DNA of 64,000 bases from assembly GCA_030295235.1 (NCBI GenBank), contig AP026135.1, positions 744,001 to 808,000 of the forward strand. The letters are read 5' to 3'. The first letter of the stretch is position 1, and the number at the start of each line of letters is the position of its first letter. The notes beneath the pieces are model-generated. The model was not told where the DNA came from. It searched no databases and was given only the letters and a program-made list of their open reading frames with translations. The translations under genes were made by a program, and so were the position numbers. The DNA is from Fistulifera solaris. Taxonomy: Eukaryota. Of this stretch, positions 52,975 to 64,000 are shown piece after piece.

Positions 52975-53502
52975 CTAATGCCCAGCGGGGAGTACTTTTG
53001 TGCAATTTGATCCATAGCCTTGGCCATTTCGATGTCCTAGGTCGTATTCGTTGTCAGATTTCGAGTAAGAGAAAATTTTGCGGCTCGCAAAAGTCAAACT
53101 ATACCTTTTCGGTGACACCACCCGCATCATGAGTAGCCCAGGTTACTTCTACCGTATTGTAAACATTAAACCATTCGGGATGATGATCCTTTTCTTCGGC
53201 TAGTTCAGCTGAGCGGCTCATGAAAACCCAAGCTTGCCGGAAATCCGCAAACACGTACGTTTTTTGAATGGCATCACGATCCGGCGCCTTACAACATCAA
53301 GTAGATTAGAAAACAAGTCATAGGATAGAGCACTTGAAGATGAGATCAAACGTACAAGTTCCCAGGAATCCGGTCCCCACTTGCCATGCAACTCGGCCAG
53401 AGCATCGACGCGATCTTGATGTGAGAGTTTAGTAGCGAAGGACCGAATGTACCGCATTTGGGCGAGCGATCGCGCAGAGACAAGACGCGTGAGCAAAGAC
53501 AT
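52975..53502 (-). CDS. PCBD: Pterin-4a-carbinolamine dehydratase with mitochondrial-type presequence; two introns (~53289-53354, ~53037-53104)
   Basis: DAIQKTY.FADFRQAWVFMS, AEEKDHHPEWFNVYNTVEVT, THDAGGVTEKDI. Confidence 0.92.
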
Positions 53503-53520
53503 TCTATCTAAGTTTCACTC

Positions 53521-53597
53521 TATGGTTTTACAGCTGAGCAGGAGAAGTAATAATATATTATGGTTTTATAGCTGAGCAGGAGAAGTAATAATATATT
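53521..53597. repeat. 38-bp tandem duplication, 1 mismatch
   Basis: tatggtttta(c/t)agctgagcaggagaagtaataatatat x2. Confidence 0.95.
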
Positions 53598-53922
53598 GAT
53601 CTTTCAAGTTGTATTTGCAGCGATTTGTGACACGGAGAAAAATACCAGGTAGGGTGGCGATTTTCGAGCATAAAACTGGCTCTCGTCCGCTCTCTCCGTA
53701 CCCCAGTACTACGAAACGTGTTTTCAGATTTTCTGCGCAAAGGAATACTTCTTCTGCGGCCACGGGTAACGGTGCGTCACTTGTTGGATGAAAAACACGC
53801 ACGATCCGCTTCAGCAAAATGTTATTGTCGCTGTTGTTGCTGCTGTTCTCTCTCGCAGCTTGCCTTACTTTGCACTAAATGACTATCGCTCTTCGCAGCA
53901 AGTGCAAAATAAATCAGCGATC

Positions 53923-55464
53923 ATGAGGGACAGGTCGATTCACGGGCTTCTGTGTTTATTGTTATTATGGAGATGGTCAACATGTCATTCACAACCACGC
54001 AACTCACCGGTCACTCACAAAACGGCGCATGATGATGTTGTTGTTCAAATGTTAACATTAGGCAAAGGCGACCTGCGAAAAACGAATGATCGAGTGATTT
54101 CTTTACTGCTTCGTGGAAATAATGAAGTTCGTTCACAAATACACGAGTCACTGCGAATGTTATCCGAAAACGAGTTGGATGAAGGCGTTGAAGTTGAAGA
54201 AGAGGACCACGAGGGTGACGAGGACGAACACGAAGACGAGGACGAACACGATGACTACGAAGTAGACGAAAACCGGGAAATACCTCCGGAGGACCCGGAG
54301 AAAATCGATATGGAAGACGCTAACGCGGAATGTGAAACGTGGCTGGAACGAGCAAACGAATTTATTAACGGAGACTATGACGCGTTTTCTCGACCGTGTG
54401 GAGAAGTCGGCAACGAAACTTCGCATGAGTTCGGGGAGGAAATAATACCGGATGTTGCTGTGGGTAATTTTTTTCGTTTTTCGATCTTCATGACATTGCC
54501 ACCGAACTGGCAGAGTACCGGAAACGCTTTAGACGATGCTCTTACAGCGGCACTTGACACTGCATTTCCACAATATCGAATCATGACCGATCACAATGAA
54601 TACAACTGGGGTCCCCCGTCGGATGAAATTGAAGCCGATATCATGTCTTACAAAGTCAAACCGAATCGTGTACGGAAAGATGAGGATCTCTGGTGGTGGC
54701 AGTACTCGTTCAAGTACTTTTGCTACGTTCCTGGGACAACAGACCCTATCGACAATGAAACTGGAAGAGAGGCCTTTCGGAATGTAATGGTTTGGATTGA
54801 GTCAAAGGAGCATCAATTGGAGACGATTAGCGGATTCGCGGAATATATGCAGGGGATTTCGTACAATGTCCAAATGAATCCACCCGTACCGTGCGACGAA
54901 TGTGTGTACATGTCACCATGTTACGGCTTAGAATGCGATCTATCACCGACGTACGCCCCACCAGCTCCTGTTCCCGAGTCAGACGGAGGCCCGATTACGA
55001 TTACCGTCCCTCCATCCGTTTCTCCTACCTTGACTTCATCAATCGAGCCATCGCGAATGGGTGCCCCACCTGAGGTTGGCATCACGACCACTGGCGAGAT
55101 CGTTTTGGATCCGTCGGCCTGGGATTGGAGACGGTATTCTGGTTTGGCACTACTGCTCACCACTGTCATGGGAACCTTCTGTTTGTCGCAAATGGCACGT
55201 TTGCGCACGGTGGCACGATCGCGCAAAGAACATTGGGGAAATTTGGCAACAGAAGAGGGCGTTGATGAACTGCTACGAACGGGATGGAAAGTGAAAGGAT
55301 CATTGATGGAAGTCTATGATCGCAAAAATGTTGGATATCGGGATAACGATTCGATGCTCATTGGGGGTTATGAACAACGCGTGCCGGTCGGTTCAGAGAT
55401 TGCCGTGAGTCGAACACAATCGGAAACGGTACAAGACACAGTCGTGGGGACTGCGCAATCTTAG
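53923..55464 (+). CDS. Type I membrane protein of unknown function (signal peptide, RXL, acidic tract, TM, conserved cytosolic tail), paralogue of 33576-34932
   Basis: LRML motif, D/E/H-rich tract, WWWQYSFKYFCY, TM, WGNLATEEGVDELLRTGWKVKG..EVYDRK..GY.DNDSMLIGG. Confidence 0.85.
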   Translation: MRDRSIHGLLCLLLLWRWSTCHSQPRNSPVTHKTAHDDVVVQMLTLGKGDLRKTNDRVISLLLRGNNEVRSQIHESLRMLSENELDEGVEVEEEDHEGDEDEHEDEDEHDDYEVDENREIPPEDPEKIDMEDANAECETWLERANEFINGDYDAFSRPCGEVGNETSHEFGEEIIPDVAVGNFFRFSIFMTLPPNWQSTGNALDDALTAALDTAFPQYRIMTDHNEYNWGPPSDEIEADIMSYKVKPNRVRKDEDLWWWQYSFKYFCYVPGTTDPIDNETGREAFRNVMVWIESKEHQLETISGFAEYMQGISYNVQMNPPVPCDECVYMSPCYGLECDLSPTYAPPAPVPESDGGPITITVPPSVSPTLTSSIEPSRMGAPPEVGITTTGEIVLDPSAWDWRRYSGLALLLTTVMGTFCLSQMARLRTVARSRKEHWGNLATEEGVDELLRTGWKVKGSLMEVYDRKNVGYRDNDSMLIGGYEQRVPVGSEIAVSRTQSETVQDTVVGTAQS

Positions 55465-55542
55465 CTTGCAAACAAAATAATGTTCTGTATTTTTAGCCTT
55501 GACAAATATTATTTGTAACAATCACACTTATAAGTGCAGCCG

Positions 55543-56328
55543 CTATCTCCACCAAGCGTTGACCGAAATACTGAAACTAAGTGACTTTACGGCATGCCAC
55601 CACTTGAATGGAATGTACAAAACATCACCTGGATATAGAATCGCTTGATGAGAAAGATTCAAATCCAGATTTGGAAATTTGTGTCGGTCCAGATCAAACA
55701 CATCCGCAGCGCTCGTGTTGTTTTGTTGCTTCCATGTACTCCCCGTGTACAGCGCGTTGGCGGGATGACTCGCATCAAACAAAATCACCGACTTTTGACC
55801 GACGATTTGAAAAAGATAATTGTCGAGCGGATCATAATGCAACGGCGAATGCGTATCTCGAGGTCCAACCCACCAGTGAATGTTGTACCATTTGTTCTCC
55901 GCAAATTCAATGCTCGGCCACTGAATATCCCGGTGTAACGAAGCCGGCAAATCATTCTGGGCCATGTAGAGTAAATGCTCTTTGGAAAATTCCGAGTCTC
56001 CTTCTTCTTCGTGTTGCTTCCAAAGCTTTAGATACTCCATGTATTCACCAAACGAAAGAGTGACGCGCTCGCCTTGATTGTAGGCGCCCATCTCCACTTC
56101 ACCGACCCAATCCTGGTCTACTTTGTCAATCAAATAATCCCAGTTATTCCATCTGGTTAAAGCATCACATGACATGCGGAATATGACCGGCTGTTGTTTT
56201 TGATAATGCAACGCTAAGTGCGAATTCAAACGATGGGCATCAAGTTCTTCTAATCGGCAAATGCTTTGACCCGAGAAACGTCGAATTCGAGTACGTGTTA
56301 TCACGAGTCGTTGTTGCACGCCGAACAT
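55543..56328 (-). CDS. JmjC/cupin-8 2-oxoglutarate oxygenase (JMJD5/KDM8-like)
   Basis: YMAQ, WVGP..T.SPLHYD..DNY..QIVG.K, L.PGDVLYIP..WWHAV.S..FSISVN.WW. Confidence 0.9.
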   Translation of the reverse strand: MFGVQQRLVITRTRIRRFSGQSICRLEELDAHRLNSHLALHYQKQQPVIFRMSCDALTRWNNWDYLIDKVDQDWVGEVEMGAYNQGERVTLSFGEYMEYLKLWKQHEEEGDSEFSKEHLLYMAQNDLPASLHRDIQWPSIEFAENKWYNIHWWVGPRDTHSPLHYDPLDNYLFQIVGQKSVILFDASHPANALYTGSTWKQQNNTSAADVFDLDRHKFPNLDLNLSHQAILYPGDVLYIPFKWWHAVKSLSFSISVNAWWR

Positions 56329-56851
56329 GATTCTTTTAGATTGAAACAAGTGAACCAATTGGTTTGTGCTACGTGTGTTGCTTCCACACAAATGAATAGC
56401 GGAAGAAAGTGTGATGCTGTCAGGAAATTGTTTTTTTTTCGTCAACTGTTCGGTTGATTCAGTATTGTGAAGTTTCTACTGAAGACATACAACGTTATTC
56501 AACCCAACAGCAACAACAACGGCGCTGATGACTGATGGCAAATGCCATACCTAGTAACGCACTCGCATCATGCATCTTTTCTTGAAAACAAAAAAATTCT
56601 CCGTAAAAATTTTATGAATAGCGGGACTGCAAGTCAGTTGAGTCACAAGGAAAGTCTCCCTACACATTGTTGTACGGAGTATAGTGCTTTTCAAGTTTAG
56701 CAACAACATCACTAACCACAACAAACATAAAAGCATTGACCGTCTTTTCATGTCTTCGTGTACAAAGCTTGCAACTTGTTATTATATATTGGTTTTAGCT
56801 ATCTACTTTTACAAATGTTTAAATCCATCCAATTTAGCGCTCTTCGTGTGC

Positions 56852-57606
56852 TCACATCACACTGTTGTGCAAATCACCAATAGCATAGCCTGCACCGGCC
56901 GAAGCCAAGTGCCACAATCCATGAAAAAACATATAAGGTTGACCGTATTCGTATTTCCAAGAAAGACCCAAACACCCCAAGGACACTACAGCGAGTCCAA
57001 CTGCCACGGCCACATTCATGGTGTATAGAGAAGTCACGGCTACTGACGTGACCAAATAAAACGTTGCCAACCCCATGGCAAACGCGGCAAACACATAATC
57101 CAGTAACAGAGCAGCACGAACCGTGTTGGTGACTTCGAGCTGCTGATAGTGATACTGAAAGGAAAAGGCCGCACACAAATCCGTCGCAAGTCCCAATTCA
57201 TTGGCGCCCTGAAACTGCAATACCAGCCCCGCCAACAAGTACGCCAGATTGGTTGCCAAAAGATTCTCCCCGGTGTTGTTGCAGAGGTGTCGGGAGTTAA
57301 ATCTGCATACGACAAGGCCCAGCCCGACGAATATTCGTCCAAAATCTCTTGCACTGGTGCTGTTACAACTTCAATCGTCTGTAATAAGCCACTGGTATTG
57401 TCTGTAGTGAGAGTATCGGAAGCTTTGTCGTGACTCCAGCCTGGAAACTTTCTCCAGTAGTCGTCTATTCCGTCATTCTTATTCCACAAACAACTCGATC
57501 GATGTTTGTTTGCCATTTGAGTCGTCGACGTGAAAGCCTTTGCTTGCGCCAGGAACCCAATCACCAGCAAACTTGAGTATTGAATTCTTCCCTGGCAATG
57601 CATCAT
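56852..57606 (-). CDS. Plastid-targeted multi-pass membrane protein with CREST-like metal motifs; indel at ~57262
   Basis: AKA-F presequence; SFQYH, LLDY, FFHGLWH motifs; about 5 TM segments. Confidence 0.6.
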
Positions 57607-58189
57607 TCAATAGAAGCAAATGTAAATAATAGAGATGTATAGTGTTGGTGGTGAAGATATGCCTTTGCTGCCTGCCTTGCTGCTGCGGCGAAAGAACAAA
57701 AGGAATACCGCTGTCTCGTTCGGGTGCCCGCAAGATTGGAAACCGTCGCGGGCCCCGCCAACGGCAAGCAACGGAGTGCCCTCCAACATTCCACGTGGAA
57801 AGGTCGAAACAGGTTACGTCATCCTCGATGCCACCAATCAGAATGCACACTTTTCCGTCATTTCGGGGTGGAATTTCCATCCGGGACTTGAATGGCATTC
57901 CGAGTAGTATGACTTGAAAAGTAAACTGCGTTCGTGTTCGTCTGCCGTCCATCCTTTGCGAGTGTCTACGTACTACGTACACACACACACACCATCCACC
58001 TATCAGAAAAAAAAGGGACGAGGAGAGCTGATGCAAGAACGACGTTTTTGCGCCTTGGGCGGTGGGAAGGTGAGAGAGAACGAAGCAAAGCGCATTGACT
58101 CAATTCTATTGTCATTCGTTTGATTCAATACTCGTTCTTTCTCGCATTCCTCTATCGCACATTCTTTTTTTTGTTGCTATTCTACCAGC

Positions 58190-59516
58190 ATGTTTGGAGG
58201 CATTCCATTTGAACATTTCGCTCACGGTGGTGGCGGCGGCGGCAGTTTCGGTGGCGGTCGCGGAGGTTCGGCGGAGCCACCCGATACGACCAAGCTGTAC
58301 GAAACACTCGAGTTGGAGAAAGATGCTACAGCGAAAGATATCAAAAAGGCATACTTTCGACTTTCGAAAGTTCATCACCCTGATAAGGGCGGTGATGCGC
58401 ACAAATTCAAAGAAATTTCGGCGGCATACGAGATTCTCAGTGATCCGGAGAAACGAAAACAATACGATGAGTATGGTTTAGAGGGCGTGGATGATGAAGG
58501 CGGCGCGCAACAACGTGGTGAAGACTTGTTTAGCATGTTTTTCGGTGGTGGACGAGGAAACGGCCGCGCTCGTGGTCCTCGTAAGGGTCCTTCGGTCAAT
58601 CATCCGATCAAGGTTTCTCTCGAAGATCTGTACAACGGAAAGACTGTCAAGCTAGCCGTCAATCGTAAAGTCATCATTGGGGATGCCAAGGAATGTGAAA
58701 AATGTAATGGACGAGGTGCCATCATGGAAGTTCGTCAAATTGGTGAGTGATTACAACTATCGCTAATCAGTTGATTCTTTCATTTCAATTATCTGACACA
58801 CATTTACGAAAAACAGGTCCTGGAATGATTACACAGATGCAGCGGACATGCCCGTCTTGTCAGGGACAAGGAAACACGGCAAAGACCAAGTCCGAGCGCC
58901 AAGTTTTGGAAGTTCACATTGAAAAGGGCATGAAACATGAGCAGAAGATTACATTCCGCGGCATGGCCGATGAAACTCCGGGAATGGAAACGGGTGATGT
59001 CAATTTCATCATTCAAGAGAAAGAGCACGAGCTGTTTAAAAGAAAAGGTGCCGATTTGCTGGTCACAAAGGATATCTCATTGAATCAAGCCCTGACCGGG
59101 TTCACTTGGAAAATTAAGCATTTGGATGGGCGACAAGTCGTTATCAAGACTCGTCCGGGTCAAATCATTGAATGCGAGACGACTGATGCCGAATCGGGTC
59201 GGACCCTTCCTTACATTACAATGGTGAAAGACGAAGGTATGCCGAGTCTCGGAAACCCTTTGTCAAGGGAAATCTATACATTGCGTTCCACGTCAAATTC
59301 CCTCAGAAACTAGAGCCGGATGTGATCAAACAACTGAGAATGATTCTACCGGATGCTGACATCGAGGAGGAGTATGATCCGGAACAAGTCGAAGAACACT
59401 TTATGGATGTTGCCGATCTTCGCCACTTTGGAAAGGGCGGTGCCGTGTCTCAACAAAGCGAATATGACAGCGACGATGAGGATAGACAAGGAGGTGTCCA
59501 GTGTCAACAATCGTAA
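58190..59516 (+). CDS. Cytosolic class A DnaJ (Ydj1/DNAJA-like) with CAAX; intron 58743-58816, indel at ~59260
   Basis: HHPDKGG J-domain, G/F region, CEKCNGRG and CPSCQGQG, C-terminal VQCQQS. Confidence 0.95.
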
Positions 59517-59646
59517 GGAAAGTGTGAGCTTGTTAGGTCCGGCGTTGTGCGAAAACATAGTAGCCGTAGGATGACAGTAATAGTGCTTCTATATATACTA
59601 ATTCTACTTGATAATTGCTTGTGCTCCTTTAGTTGTGAGATTGTTC

Positions 59647-62600
59647 TCATCGTAAAACAACCCGCGTAAAGGCATCGCCGCCGTCTTCCGCGCTCGCTGG
59701 TGCCCATTCTTTCACTGCACTCGATGTTTTCAGCCAGTTTCGGACCTTATTCCGCAAAATTCCACCTGTTCCGTATCCATGCAAAATGTAAACAACAGAA
59801 CGGTTTGACATGAGACACGAACTAAAAGCAGATTCTGCTTTGGATTTCGCTTGCTCTAGAGTACAACCGCGGACATCGATTGTATTCGACTGTGTCCGTA
59901 TTGCCACCGCTGACCTCACTGGCTCTGGCGGAGTTTGTGCCTTTACTTTAGCGTTTCCACCGCTACTTGTTGATTCAATATCTAGAGCTCTTTCGGCCGC
60001 TTTCGATATCGAACTCTGACTTCCTTTCTGTGGTCCACGAGACTTGTTGTATTTGGCAATTCTTGTCGTTGCGGAGGGCGGCAAAGCAACTTCCGCTAGC
60101 TTGAAGCTTACGTTCATTCCATTCACACTGACTTCTACACGACCACTTAACGACTTGATGAAAGATGCTTCTCTCCCAAACATAGCGCCTTTTTTGCAGA
60201 CAATAAGCTTGTCACCTGGTATGAGATTAGGTTTGTCCCGCATCTCAATGAGAGGAACAAGATCAGCACTAGCCTCGTTCATCTCTTTTATCTCCGCCTC
60301 CTTCCGAGCGATAACACTCGGAACATTTTCTGCTTCGTTGAGAGCGTCTCGCTTAACGAATTTGATGTCTTGCCAGCTTTTAGCAACGACTTTTCCAGAG
60401 GGATCAGATTTCAGTTTACGTAGGATTTCCTCGAGAACCTGCTCTTTTTCTTCCAACTTTTTAGTGAAAGCTTTCGCTTCCTCTCTTCGTACATTCAACA
60501 TCTTCTTTTCTAAGCGCAAGTTTTCTTCTTTCAACTTAAATTGTATCTGTTCGATCTCCCTTTTCTTTTCCTCGAGTTCTGCTGCTTGTTCTTCTAAAGT
60601 GGCCTTTTGATCTTCTAATTCTCTAATCAAGTCCCCCATCTGGCGAGTTTCTGAATCCAACAATTCATTTGCTCGCTCTAAGACCGAAAGAGGTAACCCT
60701 ACTCGTTCTGCTACTGACAAAGCAAACGACTCACCCACTGTTCCAGGTAGTAATTTGTAGGTGGGTCGTCCGCGAACGAACTGCATACCAGCAACTGCAA
60801 ATCGCTCATCTGCTACCGCTAATTGTTTCAATTGCGTGTAGTGCGTCGTAATAGCAACCCGGGAACCAGTCTCAAGTAAAGCTTCAAGCAGCGCTTGAGC
60901 GATTGCCACACCCTGAGCGGGGTCTGTACCACTTCCAACTTCATCCATCAAAACCAAAGCATTCTTACCGGCTTGGTCCAGAACTGCCTTGCACACCAAC
61001 ATGTGACCACTAAACGTTGACAAGTCACCACCCACAGACTGCAGATCACCAATATCAGCTAATATGGGATCAAAAAAGTCGACCCGTGGACTGTCATCTT
61101 CGCAGGGGATCGGAATTCCACTCCGAGCCATCAAAGCCGCGAGACCAAGCATTTTTAAAATAATGGTCTTCCCACCCGAGTTGGGACCTGTCAAGACCAG
61201 CCCTTGGTGCCTACCACCTAAATCAATATCACTACCAACAACCTCGTCCATTGCATCATTCATGTCCTCCTGGTTACCGCCACTTTTAGTGGAAAGAATC
61301 GACAATTTGGATTTCTTTCGTTTCCTCATCGCTTTTAGCAGCAACACAGGATGCTTGGCATTTCGTAAAGAAATCACGCCATTGTCCTCGACTACAGGTA
61401 TCGTTCCCTCCCATGATTCACCGAGCCGAAGGCGGGCCATAACTAAGTCTAATTGAGCCATCGCTTGAATCGACAATTCGAGTCCTTCTCGATTCAACTG
61501 TACTTGCGCGGTAAGGGAGCGCCAAATACGAGCCTCCTCGGCTCGTAACTCGCTTTCCACTTGCTTGAGCTCGTTGGTCGGCCCCACAATTTCCGTGGGT
61601 TCAACATACGACGTTTGTCCGGAACGACTCGAATCATGCACAATACCAATTTTATTAGCGGAAGATGTCTCCACCGGAATAACCAATCGCCCTCCACTGA
61701 CTTGCGAATAAAGCGGTCCACCACTTTGTAACGATAGCTTCGCCTTGACGGAAGGAGTTTTTAGCAATGTTTCGAGCCGCAACAAAATGTCGGATTTCAG
61801 TGCTCTCAATCGAGCTCGCAGTCGTCCTACGGCAGGAAATGTCGTGCCGGACAAGCGGCCTTTGTCGTCCAGTGCATTTTGGAAGCAATTCATGGAAAGT
61901 AGTGTTCAAAGTAATACTGGATGCCATCCGATTCAAGTGTTCCAGTTCAGCGTGTTGTTCCTTCAACTCTTGGTTCCATAAAATAAAGTCTTCCATAACA
62001 TTTAAAACAGAAAGTATATCATATAGATCGGGGCCTTCCAATAATCGGGTTGTATCTTCCAACAATGGCGCCAAATTCAATGAATGCCCCGCCAGTGGAA
62101 ACACCGAGAGCGGTGCTTGCTTCCCGTTACGGTTTCGAAATGTTTTACTACTCGTGAGCAATGTTCGCAATTCATGTACCGCTCGATATCGTTCTTGACA
62201 GCCTTCCACAGTAGTCGCCATGAGTGAGCTGTTGCGGTTAGTTTGCCTTTCGTCCTGTTTCGACTTTTCCTGTTGCGGCGTGTCCACTTTGATAGCTTGT
62301 TGTACTAATTTACGAGCGGGCACGGTGAGACATTCGTCTTGCAAGGCTCGCAAAATCGGTTCAAAGTCCAATGTATCCCAACTACGTTGAAAGAGATCCA
62401 ATTCTTTGTCTTCATCATCCATAGTGATATCAGGTGGAGCACGATTTTTTGTCTTTTCGAAATTTGCCGACCACCATGCTTCATCCTTCCAACGATCGTT
62501 GGCTGATGATTCGTCTTGTAACGTTTGCGGAACACCGAAATCAGGGTCACTGTTCGGATCCCAATCCACCGGACGTCGTAACAGAGAATATCCCTTTTCA

Positions 62601-62776
62601 CCGGCTCGTACAGCAGTATCGTCTTGCTGTGTTGGCGATGTGCTGAAATGAATTGTCAAGGCGCGTTGTGTGCGTCGGCGGCATAGTTGTGGCTGCCAAC
62701 TCCAGGCATTTGTCAGGCCGCCTGCGGCTAATAAAGCGACAGCATGTACCCAAATCGTTAGCTTTTTTGATGGCAT
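59647..62776 (-). CDS. mutS2: Plastid-targeted MutS2 with C-terminal Smr domain; indel at ~61885
   Basis: GIVHDSSRSGQTSYVEP, TGPNSGGKT, DIGDLQS..DLSTFSGH, DEVGSGTDP, TTH, IDVRG..ILHGYGTG..GGDAFT. Confidence 0.95.
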
Positions 62777-62909
62777 TTGTATACAATAGTTTGCAGGAAC
62801 ATTTGCTAATCAATTGCTGTGATGCAACGAAACAGAATTAGTGTGACGACGCGGACGAAAAAGAAAAAGTGACGATGAAAACGACGCGATCGCGTCAGAC
62901 AAGGGGAGA

Positions 62910-63420
62910 CCCGGATATTGGGCAATTCGACATCATCCACTTTTCGGGTATGGTTGACCGCAATTTCATAAAACCATAATTCAACATCGATAACATTACT
63001 AATAAACAAGGTTCACAATCAATTTGAAATCATGATCTAGAAAAGAGCAAAAATGCAACGCTTCGAAATCTACGTGATATTTACGTAGGTCCTGTAGGAA
63101 TTTTAACGATGCACGTAGCATCCGACCCTTATCGAATTTTGACCTCATCAATTCTCAGGTCCGACAGCGACGAATTTCACCTTAATATTCCTCAACATAA
63201 CACCATAGAGACCATAAGCAAGAATCGATATTAATTGGAACACCAAACATGAAAAAAGGCAACAGATGCAATGTTACGAATGTCTACGTGAAGTCAACGT
63301 AGGCCCCCCGTAGGGAAATTTATCTACGGAGGCAAACTCGGATATTATTGTGTAATTCGACAACATCCATGTTCGGGTCATGTTTGACTACAACGCCATA
63401 AAACCATGCCCGAACATGTG
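62910..63420. repeat. Degenerate ~214-bp tandem repeat, about 2.4 copies
   Basis: cggatatt..aattcgacatcatcca..cataaaaccat (62911) recurs at 63339; ctacgtgatatttacgtagg (63070) recurs as ctacgtgaagtcaacgtagg (63284). Confidence 0.7.
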
Positions 63421-63486
63421 GCTAACTTCAATGAACGAACGGAGGGAAAGATACATACTGGTATATTCTGGCTCGGAAAACAAAAT

Positions 63487-63513
63487 TGATTCATGACTGA
63501 AATGCAGTCGTGA
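63487..63513. repeat. Copy of the TCATGACTG-AAATG-CAGTCGTGA hairpin
   Basis: Matches 21602-21628, 21822-21848 and, inverted, 48345-48371. Confidence 0.85.
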
Positions 63514-63788
63514 CTAAGACAAAGGATCATTATGTTCTATCGTATCTGGTACAAGTACATACAAAAGGCAAAGTTCTTCATAATTTTTTGACGTAAGCTA
63601 CTAGGGTACCTGGTACGGCGTGCATAACAAGTCTTGCCTAAAGATAGTTGTTGTGTGCAAGACAAAAAATTGCTGTTTCCTAAAATTTAGCTCAATGGAA
63701 CACTAAATTTTTACGAACAGTCTTTGCACGTTTCTTGACGCTGACGCCGTACAGGTCCCGTTACCTGGTACCGGTACCGTACCGGGGA

Positions 63789-63873
63789 CGGAAACGGCGT
63801 TAACATTCTGCCTTGTCGTGGACGCTACGTAGAATCTTGTACTGGGAAGCAGAATTTTAACGTCCTTCCCCGT
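63789..63873. mobile_element. MITE-like hairpin element, copy 2 (inverted)
   Basis: Reverse complement cggggaaggacgttaaaattctgcttcccagtacaagattctacgtagcgtccacgacaaggcagaatgttaacgccgtttcc matches 11894-11976. Confidence 0.7.
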
Positions 63874-64000
63874 AATGCTGTACACCCCGTAGTAAATGAG
63901 ACCGAAAGTATTTTGCCGATTGCGGCGCGGGCGACGACGGACGCGGACGAAAAGCGGACGACGAGGAAAAAAACACAAAAAGGCGCAGATCGAAAGCCTT

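Noticed and set aside
48828..53502. FolC and PCBD as a pterin/folate gene cluster
   Set aside because: They are separated by unrelated genes and act in different pathways; proximity is plausibly chance.
57479..58123. Overlapping ORFs in the divergent region before DnaJ
   Set aside because: No recognisable motifs and low-complexity promoter-like sequence; probably spurious.

Overview
Gene-dense eukaryotic nuclear DNA, most likely from a diatom. The basis is short GT-AG introns with CTAAC/CTGAC branch points, bipartite plastid-targeting presequences (SSA-F, AKA-F, TNA-W) and RXL motifs. About 30 protein-coding genes are present, including a truncated hemoglobin, RPL7, NAPRT, a HIT protein, a Cu P1B-ATPase, RRP5, a GST, G-beta, SQT1/AAMP, a bZIP factor, FolC/FPGS, THF1/Psb29, PCBD, a JmjC protein, DnaJA and MutS2. 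Many genes are broken by single-base indels, mostly in homopolymers, which looks like unpolished long-read error; one true aspartate aminotransferase pseudogene is also present. The most notable unexplained signals are: (1) a strongly enriched palindrome TACC(W)GGTA found only between genes, upstream of starts; (2) several small dispersed repeat or hairpin families (an 89-bp MITE-like element, a 23-bp hairpin, a ~110-bp repeat) plus 34-bp and ~214-bp tandem arrays; (3) a solute-binding-domain + single TM + EF-hand receptor-like gene; (4) two paralogous type-I membrane proteins with a conserved cytosolic tail, candidates for silicalemma association; (5) a bacterial-type DUF2064/TIGR04282 glycosyltransferase. 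All family calls come from motif recognition, not database searches.
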